64,000 bases of DNA from Nanobdellota archaeon (GCA_024654505.1 JANLHN010000007.1:2205-66204); one strand, 5' to 3'. Positions 19,807-29,131 are shown, counted from the stretch's first letter. The notes: a model not told the origin generated them from the letters alone. Numbers and translations are program-made.

Positions 19807-20433
19807 TTAAAGTACAATTCCCCATCTTAAGAATACTGCGGCTATAACTGCTAGGACCATCCATAAACCTCTATTTGAAAATAAAATCTTTGAACCATCA
19901 AGACTTGATAGAGGGATTAAAGACCACACAACAAAATAAATGCTTAATTTTGTGAATAATTCGAACCCTAGAAGGTATCCTCCGATTGCGAGGAGAAGGT
20001 TTACGATTATACCCCACATAGCAATCATCGCTATGTGCCACTCAGTTACTTCTGTGAACCTATATAGCCCATGCCTTCTTGAGACTCTCTCTGTTTTTGC
20101 TTCAACATCAAACTCTAAAATTGCAAGCCACCAAATAGCTCCCTTTGTAAAAAGGGTTAAGAGTAGGGGGAGCCAAATCATTGGAACGGGTTTCTTAAAA
20201 TGTGAGTCTCCTCTGAACCAGAATTGGTAGATTGACCAGAATCCAATTTTGACATTTGTCTCGAAGTAATATCCAACAATCTTCTTAGCAAGGATATTTG
20301 CCCCAATTATTACAAGGAATATCAAGAAAACTTTATAGACGAGGTTTGTTGTTCTGAAAGCAACACTAAAGGAGAGGACTATCGAGGCAATAAGCCAAAG
20401 AAAAAGTCTCTTAAAAAATTCCTTTTTTTCCAT
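19807..20433 (-). CDS. Hypothetical polytopic membrane protein
   Basis: 208 aa with 5-6 hydrophobic segments. No catalytic motif recognised (no HExxH). Confidence 0.5.
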   Translation of the reverse strand: MEKKEFFKRLFLWLIASIVLSFSVAFRTTNLVYKVFLIFLVIIGANILAKKIVGYYFETNVKIGFWSIYQFWFRGDSHFKKPVPMIWLPLLLTLFTKGAIWWLAILEFDVEAKTERVSRRHGLYRFTEVTEWHIAMIAMWGIIVNLLLAIGGYLLGFELFTKLSIYFVVWSLIPLSSLDGSKILFSNRGLWMVLAVIAAVFLRWGIVL

Positions 20434-20544
20434 GTTTGGTGTGAGTATCCATTTTTTATAAATTTATTGGGCGGCTTGAAGGCCTTCTTTTCATATAGGT
20501 TAGAACATAGAAATGTATTTAAATGAAGCGGTTTTATCTGATTT

Positions 20545-20838
20545 ATGTTAAAGATAAAGAGATTGAGCGAGGTTATTGGAAAGAAAGTTTATACCGATTC
20601 GGGTGATCTTTTTGGACTTGTTGAAGAGGTTAATTTATTAGACAACAAAATTGATGGATGGAGAATTGTTGTTGCAAGAGAGTCTGGAATGATTCAGGTT
20701 CTTGGTGGTGCTCGGGGAATTATTGTCCCTCACCAGTTTATCAAAGCTATTGGAGATGTTTTAATAATCAATAAGAATGCCGTTCCAGTAAGGGCTGAGG
20801 AAGATGGAATGTCTTTGGAAGAGGAAGAGTTAATTTAA
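20545..20838 (+). CDS. PRC-barrel domain protein
   Basis: 97 aa. VIGKKVYTDSGDLFGLVEEVNLLDNKIDGWRIV ... IVPHQFIKAIGDVLII. Second PRC-barrel protein in the window. Confidence 0.7.
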   Translation: MLKIKRLSEVIGKKVYTDSGDLFGLVEEVNLLDNKIDGWRIVVARESGMIQVLGGARGIIVPHQFIKAIGDVLIINKNAVPVRAEEDGMSLEEEELI

Positions 20839-20884
20839 TTTTTTAGGAGTCTTTATGGTGGTTGTTTATTTTTCATTAAATTTA

Positions 20885-20908
20885 AAAGTAACGGCGAAGC
20901 CGTTTCGA
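20885..20908 (+). repeat. Orphan copy of the tRNA-linked hairpin element core
   Basis: AAAGTAACGGC-GAA-GCCGTTTCGA. Same stem (AACGGC/GCCGTT) and flanks as the copies at 59871-59893 and 50759-50780 (minus strand), with a different 3-nt loop. Confidence 0.7.
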
Positions 20909-20961
20909 ACTAAACTTTCCGACAGAAACTTTAAATAGTTCTTATCTTTGGAGATAGTAAT

Positions 20962-21456
20962 ATGGCATTCGCAGAGTTTTTAACAGAGATGATTTTACCT
21001 TTTTTATTAGTCTTTGTTGTCATTTTCGCTATTCTTCAAAGATCAAAGATTTTAGAAAATGCCCAGGTAGATGCCATGGTCTCTTTAGTTGTGGGTCTTC
21101 TTTTAATTGGGTTACCTGGTCCAAGGGATATAATTATTAATATAATGCCTTGGCTCGCCGTTGGCGTTGCCGTGATGTTGGTCTTTTTTATTCTTTATGG
21201 CTTTGCTGCAGGAGATATTTCTGGGAGTTCTAAATGGATGAAGATTACTTTTGGAATTTTAGCTGGTCTTTTTACTATTGGGATTGTTTTGTATGTTACA
21301 GGTCTATGGGAAACTATTGTGGGTTGGTTTTCTGGAGATGTTTTTAGTGAAGGGTTATGGATGAGTATTGTAGTAGTTATTCTCGTTGTTGTGGCCATGG
21401 TTTTTGCTGTGAATGGAAGTAAGGGTTCTGAAGGAACTACTCCTGCCGTAGGTTAG
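20962..21456 (+). CDS. 4-TM membrane protein, paralog 1 of 3
   Basis: 164 aa. Shares the N-terminal motif ILPFLLVFVVIFAILQRSKIL with the next two ORFs. TTTAAATA at 20930-20937 lies about 25 nt before the ATG. Confidence 0.55.
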   Translation: MAFAEFLTEMILPFLLVFVVIFAILQRSKILENAQVDAMVSLVVGLLLIGLPGPRDIIINIMPWLAVGVAVMLVFFILYGFAAGDISGSSKWMKITFGILAGLFTIGIVLYVTGLWETIVGWFSGDVFSEGLWMSIVVVILVVVAMVFAVNGSKGSEGTTPAVG

Positions 21457-21505
21457 TATTATCTTCTTTCAAAACATATATAAATAAGATTTTTCTTTAG
21501 ATGAT

Positions 21506-22033
21506 ATGGTTATGACAGTTACAGACATTTTGAATATATGGAATCAAATGGGTGTCTTTTCATATGTTATACCTTTTCTTCTAATGTTTGCTGTTATCTT
21601 TGCCGTTATTCAAAAGTCTAAGATTTTTGCAAAAAAAGAGAAAGATGGTGAGCCTCTAAAACATAACGCGACGATAGAAGCAATTATTGCCGCAGCTATT
21701 GGTCTTTTGGCTTTACAGTTTGATATTGTTTCTGTATTCTTTGCAGATATTTTCCCAAAGTTTGGAGTTGGACTTTCAGTTTTCTTAGTTCTTTTAATCT
21801 TTTTCGGAATGTTTTATAAGCCTATAGAGGATGATGGAAAAAGTAAAATGAGGTGGATTGCCTGGCTTGTTGGTCTTGGTGTTCTTTTTTGGACTCTCTC
21901 AAATTGGACTACTTGGTTTGGAGGATATAATAATTATGGTTTTGGTGGGTGGTTAGGGGATTATTTCTGGCCATTAGTTATTTTAGTAATTGTTATTGGG
22001 GGAATAATTGGGATTATAAAAGCGTCTAAATAA
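21506..22033 (+). CDS. 4-TM membrane protein, paralog 2 of 3
   Basis: 175 aa. Motif VIPFLLMFAVIFAVIQKSKIF. Confidence 0.55.
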   Translation: MVMTVTDILNIWNQMGVFSYVIPFLLMFAVIFAVIQKSKIFAKKEKDGEPLKHNATIEAIIAAAIGLLALQFDIVSVFFADIFPKFGVGLSVFLVLLIFFGMFYKPIEDDGKSKMRWIAWLVGLGVLFWTLSNWTTWFGGYNNYGFGGWLGDYFWPLVILVIVIGGIIGIIKASK

Positions 22034-22035
22034 AA

Positions 22036-22515
22036 ATGGTTGTTGAATCTTCTTTATCAGCGATGGGTTACTTTTTACCTATCTTTGCGTTCTTGTTAGT
22101 GTTCATTGTTGTTTATGCTCTTCTAATTAAGGCAAAAGTTCTTGGGGATAATCAGGCAGTTATGTTGTTTATTTCTTTTATATTGTCTGCTTTTTTTATT
22201 GTTGAGGCCTCTTTAGTAGAGTTTGTGAGGTTTACATCTGCGTGGTTTGGAGTTATTGTCGTTGTCGTTTTCTTTTTGTTAGCTTTGTTGGCAATAATGC
22301 CTGGAGATAATCCTCTTGGATTCTTGGTGAAGGGAAGTTGGTTTTCTTGGGTTCTACTTGGTTTGATGGTTGGATTTTTTATTATTTCCTCTGCATATAT
22401 CTTTAATTGGGTTATCAATTGGGGAATGATTAGGGAATGGTTTGATACAGAATGGTTTGGTATGTTGCTTCTTTTAGTGATTGCAGGTATTGTTTCTTGG
22501 AAGATAAAAGGGTAA
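22036..22515 (+). CDS. 4-TM membrane protein, paralog 3 of 3
   Basis: 159 aa. Motif FLPIFAFLLVFIVVYALLIKAKVL. Starts 3 nt after the previous stop. Confidence 0.55.
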   Translation: MVVESSLSAMGYFLPIFAFLLVFIVVYALLIKAKVLGDNQAVMLFISFILSAFFIVEASLVEFVRFTSAWFGVIVVVVFFLLALLAIMPGDNPLGFLVKGSWFSWVLLGLMVGFFIISSAYIFNWVINWGMIREWFDTEWFGMLLLLVIAGIVSWKIKG

Positions 22516-22552
22516 AACTTTTTTAGAGTGATTTGTTCAGGAAGGAGATTCT

Positions 22553-23377
22553 TTATTTTTTATGGACTGTATGATGAGATGTATGGTGTGTAGGGGTTGT
22601 GTGATGTTCGGGTTCCTTATGATGGATAGTATGATGTACTGGTTCCTTATGACTCGCAATCTTTCTTAATTCATGGTAATTATCCATTAAAGGATTCATC
22701 ATCTTGGACATCGTTCCGTGGAGGTTCTCAAGGTCTTGATGAATCATCGCAGAACTTTCTCCAAATTCTCCAACCTTCCCAATTATAGAATTGTATATCT
22801 TGTCTATTGAATGTTCAATTCTCTTTAGTCTTTCATCTAGGTCTGATAGTTTTTCATGAACCTCATTTTTAAAGGAGGGTATATCCCCAATTTTCTTTTT
22901 TAATTCACTAATTTTTTCAGAGGCGACTTGTTCGGCAATTTCTGTAATTGCCTCTGTGTCTGTTGTTTGAGGAGCGTAATAGTCTTGTTGTTCTTGATAT
23001 GCCTGTGGTGTTTGTGTGTAATAGTCTCCATATTGTTGTTCTGGAGGGTAACTTTCTGGGGAAGGTGCTTGTGGAGGTTGCATTTGTGGAGGTGCCATTC
23101 CTTGATACTGCTGTGTTCCTTCCGAAGCTAGATACTGTCCTGACGGAGATTGATTTGTGGGTGGAGGCATTATAGATTGTTGCATTTGCTGGTCGGATTG
23201 TTCTTGGGAATAGGGAGAAGAATCTTCTGGAAAAGAGACAGCCCTTTTTACCCTTGCCTGGTTTAATGAATCATTAATTTCTTTTGAAGAAATCCCCTCA
23301 TTTTTTAATTGCATTACAATATCTAAGTCAAGCATTCCTTTTTGTTGCATTTCTATAATTCTATCTAATGTTGTCAT
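22553..23377 (-). CDS. Hypothetical protein: small N-domain, P/Q-rich linker, coiled coil, His-rich tail
   Basis: 274 aa. The Q/P/Y-rich region spans about residues 55-135. Coiled-coil region KISELKKKIGDIPSFKNEVHEKLSDLDERLKRIEHSIDKI. C-terminus HKEPVHHTIHHKEPEHHTTPTHHTSHHTVHKK. Confidence 0.5.
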   Translation of the reverse strand: MTTLDRIIEMQQKGMLDLDIVMQLKNEGISSKEINDSLNQARVKRAVSFPEDSSPYSQEQSDQQMQQSIMPPPTNQSPSGQYLASEGTQQYQGMAPPQMQPPQAPSPESYPPEQQYGDYYTQTPQAYQEQQDYYAPQTTDTEAITEIAEQVASEKISELKKKIGDIPSFKNEVHEKLSDLDERLKRIEHSIDKIYNSIIGKVGEFGESSAMIHQDLENLHGTMSKMMNPLMDNYHELRKIASHKEPVHHTIHHKEPEHHTTPTHHTSHHTVHKK

Positions 23378-23393
23378 ACTATTTGTTGGTTTC

Positions 23394-23834
23394 TTAGGTA
23401 TTTATTTGTTTCTCGATGTCATGGTTTCCTTTAACTCGGTGGTCTAAGAGATCTTCTACGTCTTTTCTCCTTACAAACTCAAGGGGTTGAAAATCTTTAA
23501 GCATTCTTTCTACTAATATTAACTCATCTCTTTTTACAAATTTATTAAATTCTGAAAGGAGGCTATTTGAAACTTTTTTTAACTTTTCTAAATCTTTTTT
23601 AATCTCATTATTCTCTTTTTTAATCTCATTCAGAGAATCTTCTAAATCTTGTCTTGAAGAAATAAGGTTCTTTCCAAGTAATAGGACCCTCTCTCTGATA
23701 AGCCTATTCCTTTCATCAATATCTCTTAGTCTAGTGTTAAAATCACTTAAAAGAAACTGTGTCTGGTCACCACTATTTTGTTGTTCTGCCATCCTCGTTA
23801 ATATGTATCTTGGGATGTTTATAATGATTTCCAT
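23394..23834 (-). CDS. Hypothetical coiled-coil protein
   Basis: 146 aa, heptad-rich (LEDSLNEIKKENNEIKKDLEKLKKVSNSLLSEFNKF). Co-oriented with 22553..23377 and divergent from the pilus ATPase gene. Confidence 0.5.
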   Translation of the reverse strand: MEIIINIPRYILTRMAEQQNSGDQTQFLLSDFNTRLRDIDERNRLIRERVLLLGKNLISSRQDLEDSLNEIKKENNEIKKDLEKLKKVSNSLLSEFNKFVKRDELILVERMLKDFQPLEFVRRKDVEDLLDHRVKGNHDIEKQINT

Positions 23835-23956
23835 TTAGCATACATAAACTTTAATATGTTCTTTGATTTAGTTTTTTGAGGTTTTAAAGGGGATAAAAAA
23901 AGGTTGGCTGATTTCCACGTTTTTATTTACCTTAAAGACGAGACAGAAACTAAAAA

Positions 23957-26227
23957 ATGATGTTCAAACCAGGTACACCGCTTTATTCTTATGAGGTTAT
24001 TCGGGAATCTGGCGAAAATGTGATGTATATTAATTATTTAGGGGCAGAGATTGTTCCCTCTTTAATAGATTACGCCGAAGTAATGGCAAGAACTATAGAT
24101 AACTTAAAAGAAGACCCTAATATCTCTAGGATTGTTTTTGTTCAACAAAGGAACTATTCACATGATTTTAAACAGGTTAAAATGTTGGCAGAAATTTCTA
24201 ATCTTTACGAATTTTTGACTAAACAAGAAAGAATAGTTTCCGTCGAGAAGTTGTCTCATTTAACAGTTTCTTATCATGAAGCGTATTCTTTTTTAAATTA
24301 TATTCTCAATGAAGTTTTGAAGACAGACCCTATAAGGGCCTATAAAGAATTAAGGGCTGCACTTTTTGAGCAAAGGGCACATTTTGAAAAGGGAAAAGAC
24401 ACCCTACCTTATGTTAGGGTTTTAGAAAGGATTATGGGATTCTTTGAATCCTTGACATTGATTCAAAAAGTTATGCCTGTTTTAGATGATTATTCTGCGA
24501 CAGAAAGAGGAATTTATTCAAATGTTTTTAGGGCAGATATTATGCCTAATTTTACTTTTACTCGAATGGTTGCAAGTATTCCCGAGGATGCAGATATTGT
24601 TAAGCAGTATAATATTGCCGAAGGGCCAGACGAGAGTTTAGTTACTATTTTCCGTCGACCGAATAAAGCAAAACTAGTCTATCATTTATCTCCCCCAGAA
24701 TATCTTCTAGAAGAGGACCACCATATGTTATTGAACCTTGCACGAAATGTTTTAATTGAGCATAGACCCACTGAAGAAGAATTTCATGACCCTGAAAGGA
24801 CTCGTCAGATTTTTTTGAATGTTGCTAAAGATTTGTTGTCTGACCTTGCATCTAATAAAAATGTTAGTTTAAGTTACGATCTTTTAATAAAATTGGCAAA
24901 TATTTTAGTGAGACATACTATTGGGTTTGGAATCTTAGAGGTTTTGTTGAAAGACGAGAGCTTACAAGATATTATAGTTAATGCTCCCGTTTCTCTTTCC
25001 CCTATTTTTGTTAGGCATAATGATTTTGGAGAATGTGTTAGTAACTTGATTCCTTCTCAAGAGGATGCGGATTCTTGGGCAGCGAAATTTAGGATGACTA
25101 GTGGGCGGGCCCTCGATGAGGCGAACCCGATTTTAGATACCAATTTGGACTTAGGGAGCATTAGTGCAAGAATTGCTATTATTCAACAGCCCCTTTCTGC
25201 AAGTGGACTTGCATATGCAATTAGGAGACATAGGGCTAAACCTTGGACTTTGCCTCTTTTTATTAAAAATCAGATGATTGATAGTCTGGGTGCAGGACTT
25301 TTGAGTTTTATGATTGATGGGGCAAGAACCTTATTGGTTGCTGGAACTCGGTCGTCTGGTAAAACTTCTCTTCTTGGGGCTTTACTTTTAGAGATTATGT
25401 CAAGCCATAGAATTATTACTGTTGAGGATACATTGGAATTACCCGTTTCTGCGATGAGAAATTTAGACTATGATATTCTTTCTATGAAGGTTCGTTCTGC
25501 TCTTGCTGGAGAATCTACAGAGGTTGCTGCGGAAGAAGGGATTAGGGCATCTTTACGTTTAGGTGATTCTTCTTTAATTGTTGGAGAAATTCGTTCTGCA
25601 GAGGCGAAGGCACTTTATGAGGCGATGAGGGTTGGTGCCTTGGCAAATGTTGTTGCGGGAACTATTCATGGTGGGAGCCCATATTCTGTTTTTGATAGGG
25701 TTGTTAATGACCTAGGGGTTCCAATAACTTCTTTTAAGGCTACAGATTTAATTGTCGTTGCTAATCCTATTAAATCTCCTGATGGATTACATTCTTGGAG
25801 AAGAGTACTACAAATTACAGAAGTTAGAAAGCATTGGACTAAAGACCCCTTGACTGAGGGAGGATTTGTTGATTTAATGAAATATGATGTGAAGGTAGAT
25901 AAGTTATTGCCTTCGGAAGATTTGATAAATGGAGATTCGGAGATTATGAAAGATATTGCATCTAATGTAAAGGGGTGGGCGGGTGATTGGGATGCCGTTT
26001 GGGATAATGTGGTTCTTAGACAGAAGATTAAACAGGAGACAGTTGATTTTGCAGAGAAGATGAACAAACCAGATTTATTAGAGGCAGGGTTTACGGTAAA
26101 GTCGAATAATGCTTTTCATCAGATTTCGGACAAAGTGACTAAGGAGATAGGGTTGCCGACCAGTGATAGGGTTTTTCCCGAATGGAAGAATTGGTTAGAG
26201 AGGGAAGTTAAAAGGTTGGATTTATAA
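23957..26227 (+). CDS. Type II/IV secretion-family ATPase (archaeal PilB/ArlI(FlaI)-like) with long N-terminal region
   Basis: 756 aa. Walker A GTRSSGKTS, Asp box ITVEDTLEL, Walker B LIVGEIRSAEA, His box GTIHG. About 430 aa precede the Walker A. Confidence 0.9.
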   Translation: MMFKPGTPLYSYEVIRESGENVMYINYLGAEIVPSLIDYAEVMARTIDNLKEDPNISRIVFVQQRNYSHDFKQVKMLAEISNLYEFLTKQERIVSVEKLSHLTVSYHEAYSFLNYILNEVLKTDPIRAYKELRAALFEQRAHFEKGKDTLPYVRVLERIMGFFESLTLIQKVMPVLDDYSATERGIYSNVFRADIMPNFTFTRMVASIPEDADIVKQYNIAEGPDESLVTIFRRPNKAKLVYHLSPPEYLLEEDHHMLLNLARNVLIEHRPTEEEFHDPERTRQIFLNVAKDLLSDLASNKNVSLSYDLLIKLANILVRHTIGFGILEVLLKDESLQDIIVNAPVSLSPIFVRHNDFGECVSNLIPSQEDADSWAAKFRMTSGRALDEANPILDTNLDLGSISARIAIIQQPLSASGLAYAIRRHRAKPWTLPLFIKNQMIDSLGAGLLSFMIDGARTLLVAGTRSSGKTSLLGALLLEIMSSHRIITVEDTLELPVSAMRNLDYDILSMKVRSALAGESTEVAAEEGIRASLRLGDSSLIVGEIRSAEAKALYEAMRVGALANVVAGTIHGGSPYSVFDRVVNDLGVPITSFKATDLIVVANPIKSPDGLHSWRRVLQITEVRKHWTKDPLTEGGFVDLMKYDVKVDKLLPSEDLINGDSEIMKDIASNVKGWAGDWDAVWDNVVLRQKIKQETVDFAEKMNKPDLLEAGFTVKSNNAFHQISDKVTKEIGLPTSDRVFPEWKNWLEREVKRLDL

Positions 26228-26253
26228 AGTTACCTTAAGTTACCTTTAGTAAC
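26221..26253 (+). promoter_or_regulatory. TATA box followed by three pentamer repeats at 10-bp phasing (operator-like)
   Basis: TTTATAAA at 26221-26228. GTTAC at 26229-26233 and 26239-26243, then its complement GTAAC at 26249-26253. The ATG of the RHH-like ORF is at 26258. Confidence 0.45.
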
Positions 26254-26257
26254 TCTC

Positions 26258-26422
26258 ATGGGGAAAAAGAAGGGCGATTCTGTTGTCAAGATAAGTTCTG
26301 AATTACTTAGAGATGTGGAAGAGTTTATTAAACTAGAAGAAAATAAATTTAAGTATGTGAATCGGAAACAGTTTATTGATATTGCTGTTGCTGAGAAACT
26401 AAAGAAAGAGGGGAAAAGATGA
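26258..26422 (+). CDS. Small ribbon-helix-helix (CopG/Arc-like) protein (not in the ORF track)
   Basis: Hand translation gives MGKKKGDSVVKISSELLRDVEEFIKLEENKFKYVNRKQFIDIAVAEKLKKEGKR (54 aa), a beta-strand plus two helices. The stop overlaps the ATG of the GNAT ORF (ATGA). Confidence 0.5.
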   Translation: MGKKKGDSVVKISSELLRDVEEFIKLEENKFKYVNRKQFIDIAVAEKLKKEGKR

Positions 26423-26961
26423 AAATTGAGATTAAAAAAGTAAGTGATTTATCTTCTGGAGAGAGAAGCTTAATTAATAAACATCGGGTGAAAGAATTTG
26501 ATGGAGAGGCAGCAATGGATTTTAATAAAAAGGAAAATCTCGATAGTGAATTCTTTCTGATTAAATCTAACCAAAAATTGGTTGCCTTTGGAATGCTAAC
26601 CCCTGTGATTATTACTTATCAGAATAAGAAGTATCCTATATTGGGGTTTGGAAGTGGAATTGCTATTGAAAAGAAGAAAGGGTATGGTAGATTACTTATG
26701 GCGCTGAGAATTGCTTATACAAAAAGCCAAGGAAAGACAGGTATTGGTTTTTGTGGAAGACATAATCTTAAGAGATTTGAAGCATATGGAATGAAAACAA
26801 AGAAAAATTACATTAAGAGGTTTATTTATGTTAATCCTACGACGTGGGAAGAATCTAAAGACCCTGATGGAGATATGATTTATATAGAGGGCCCGGATAA
26901 ACTTGTTTCAAAAATGCTCAAAACTAAATCTATTGCGTATTGCAATAAACCTCATTGGTAA
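26419..26961 (+). CDS. GNAT-family N-acetyltransferase
   Basis: 180 aa. Motif A-like IAIEKKKGYGRLLM (xxxGxG) after beta strands LVAFGMLTPV and ILGFGSG. Confidence 0.6.
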   Translation: MKIEIKKVSDLSSGERSLINKHRVKEFDGEAAMDFNKKENLDSEFFLIKSNQKLVAFGMLTPVIITYQNKKYPILGFGSGIAIEKKKGYGRLLMALRIAYTKSQGKTGIGFCGRHNLKRFEAYGMKTKKNYIKRFIYVNPTTWEESKDPDGDMIYIEGPDKLVSKMLKTKSIAYCNKPHW

Positions 26962-26962
26962 T

Positions 26963-29131
26963 ATGGTAAGCACGGACGACATTTTGAAAAAGTATGGGGC
27001 GAAGATAGATGGACAAATGAAGGGATATAATAAAACTCCTGCGGTTAAAGGGGAATTCAGTCAGAGCTACGAAACATTTCGCTCAGAGATGATGCCTGAG
27101 TTTACAAAGTATGAGAAGTGGTGTAAATCTCTAGGGAATGTTTTCAAGATGAATGTGGGAGAAAAGGATAAAAAAAAGATTGAAAGGAATATATACATCT
27201 CCCATCTTAATATTACTGCCAGTGAAGTTGTAGTTTTTGCGACGATGCTTTTACTCCTTACCCTTTTTGGAGGAGTTTTGTTTTTTGTAGGGATATGGTT
27301 ATTGACTGGAGCTTTTTCAATCATGTTCTTATTTTTAGTATTTATTTTATCTGTTTTTTTATTCTTTTATTCTGTTAGTACTCCTGACCGTCTTGCGATG
27401 AAATGGCGTTTGAAAGCGAGTAGTCAAATGGTCCCTGCGATTTTGTATATTGTAATTTATATGAAGCATACTTCTAATTTTGAGAAGGCCGTTGCTTTTG
27501 CGGCAGAACACTTAGAACCCCCTCTTTCGCTGGACTTCAGAAAGATTTTTTGGGATGTTGAAGTGGGAAGATTTTCTACTATAAAGGCAAGTATTGATTA
27601 TTATCTTGAAGATTGGAAAGACTATAGTACAGAATTTATTGAATCCTTCCATTTAATTGAGTCTAGCCTCTACGAACCTGAGGAAGCAAGGCGGGTTGGA
27701 GTTCTTGAGAAATCTCTACAAGTTATTCTTGATGGAGTTTATGATAAGATGCTTAAATATACTCACGAAGTTAAATCTCCTTTGACAAATGTTTACATGT
27801 TGGGAATTGTTTTACCAACGCTCGCTCTTGCGATTTTGCCTTTGGCTTCGACGATGCTTGGTGGGGCAATCAAATGGTATCATGTTTTAATGATTTTTAA
27901 TGTAATTATTCCCTTTATGGTTATTTATTTAACACAAAACGTTATGATGCAGCGTCCAGGAGGATATGGAGAGTCCAGTCTTTTGGAAAAGAATCCCCTT
28001 TATGGAAAATATCTCAGTAAGAAACCCTATTGGAAGGCGTTGGTTTTTACAATTCCTTTGTTTTTAGTTGGTTTAATTCCATTTTTTTGGAGATATACCC
28101 ATCTTCCATTAACTCTTGGATTCGCTAGAGATTATTCTTGGATTGAACTTGGTCTTCCTTTCCTTGGGAGGTCTGGTGCATTTGGTATAATTGAGCAAGG
28201 TGGTAACTTGTTTGGGCCTTTTGGAGCTCTTTCTTTGATATTAAGTTTGTTTATTCCTCTCTCGATTGCATTGTTTTTTGTTATAGCTTATAAGGGAAAA
28301 ACAGAGGAGATTCTTACTGCTAGAGAAAAATCAAAGTCTCTTGAAAAGGAGTTTACTTCTTCCTTATTTCAATTAGGGAATAGGATTGGTGATGGAATTC
28401 CTGCAGAAATTGCTTTTGCGAAAATTGCGGATTCTACAAAAGGAACTGCAACAGAAGGATTTTTTAGATTAGTTAATGGGAATATTCAACAACTTGGGAT
28501 GAGTTTGGAAAGGTCTTTATTTGACCCAAAAAGGGGTGCAGTGATTTTTTACCCTTCCCAGTTGGTTGCGACCTCTATGAGGATTTTAGTAGAGTCTGTT
28601 AAAAAAGGTTTGAAGGTTGCTGCTAGAAGTTTAATGTCTATTAGTGATTATGTTAAGAATATTAAAAAGATTAATGAGAGATTGAATGATTTGCTTGCAG
28701 ATATTATTTCTGATATGAAAAGTAATATGACTTTTTTAGCACCCCTCCTTTCAGGAATCATCGTCGGTTTGTCTGGAATGATTACAACTATTTTAGGGAG
28801 TTTATCTGCAATGTTTGCATCTGGAGCAGCGGGTGATTCGGCGGCAATTAGCGATGCTGGAGGGGTACAAGGGATACTTTCTATTTTTGATATCACTCAG
28901 ATGATTCCTACTTATTGGCTCCAGATTGTTGTAGGAATTTATTTAGTTCAGATTGTCTTTATTTTAACATCTACCTTGGTTACAATTAAATCTGGAAGAG
29001 ACCTGTTACAGTCGACGGCAGAAACTGGAAGAAATTTGAAAAGGACAATTGTTCTTTACACTATCATTGCTTTTGTCTCTGTTGTTTTATTAACCTTGAT
29101 TGCTTCTGTTGCTTTGTCTGGTTTGACTTAA
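26963..29131 (+). CDS. Large polytopic membrane protein, candidate pilus platform (TadC/ArlJ(FlaJ)/PilC-like role)
   Basis: About 722 aa from the ATG at 26963; the tracked ORF starts at 26903 and overlaps the GNAT gene. Clusters of TM segments alternate with soluble segments. It sits next to the ATPase. Role inferred from context. Confidence 0.55.
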   Translation: MVSTDDILKKYGAKIDGQMKGYNKTPAVKGEFSQSYETFRSEMMPEFTKYEKWCKSLGNVFKMNVGEKDKKKIERNIYISHLNITASEVVVFATMLLLLTLFGGVLFFVGIWLLTGAFSIMFLFLVFILSVFLFFYSVSTPDRLAMKWRLKASSQMVPAILYIVIYMKHTSNFEKAVAFAAEHLEPPLSLDFRKIFWDVEVGRFSTIKASIDYYLEDWKDYSTEFIESFHLIESSLYEPEEARRVGVLEKSLQVILDGVYDKMLKYTHEVKSPLTNVYMLGIVLPTLALAILPLASTMLGGAIKWYHVLMIFNVIIPFMVIYLTQNVMMQRPGGYGESSLLEKNPLYGKYLSKKPYWKALVFTIPLFLVGLIPFFWRYTHLPLTLGFARDYSWIELGLPFLGRSGAFGIIEQGGNLFGPFGALSLILSLFIPLSIALFFVIAYKGKTEEILTAREKSKSLEKEFTSSLFQLGNRIGDGIPAEIAFAKIADSTKGTATEGFFRLVNGNIQQLGMSLERSLFDPKRGAVIFYPSQLVATSMRILVESVKKGLKVAARSLMSISDYVKNIKKINERLNDLLADIISDMKSNMTFLAPLLSGIIVGLSGMITTILGSLSAMFASGAAGDSAAISDAGGVQGILSIFDITQMIPTYWLQIVVGIYLVQIVFILTSTLVTIKSGRDLLQSTAETGRNLKRTIVLYTIIAFVSVVLLTLIASVALSGLT

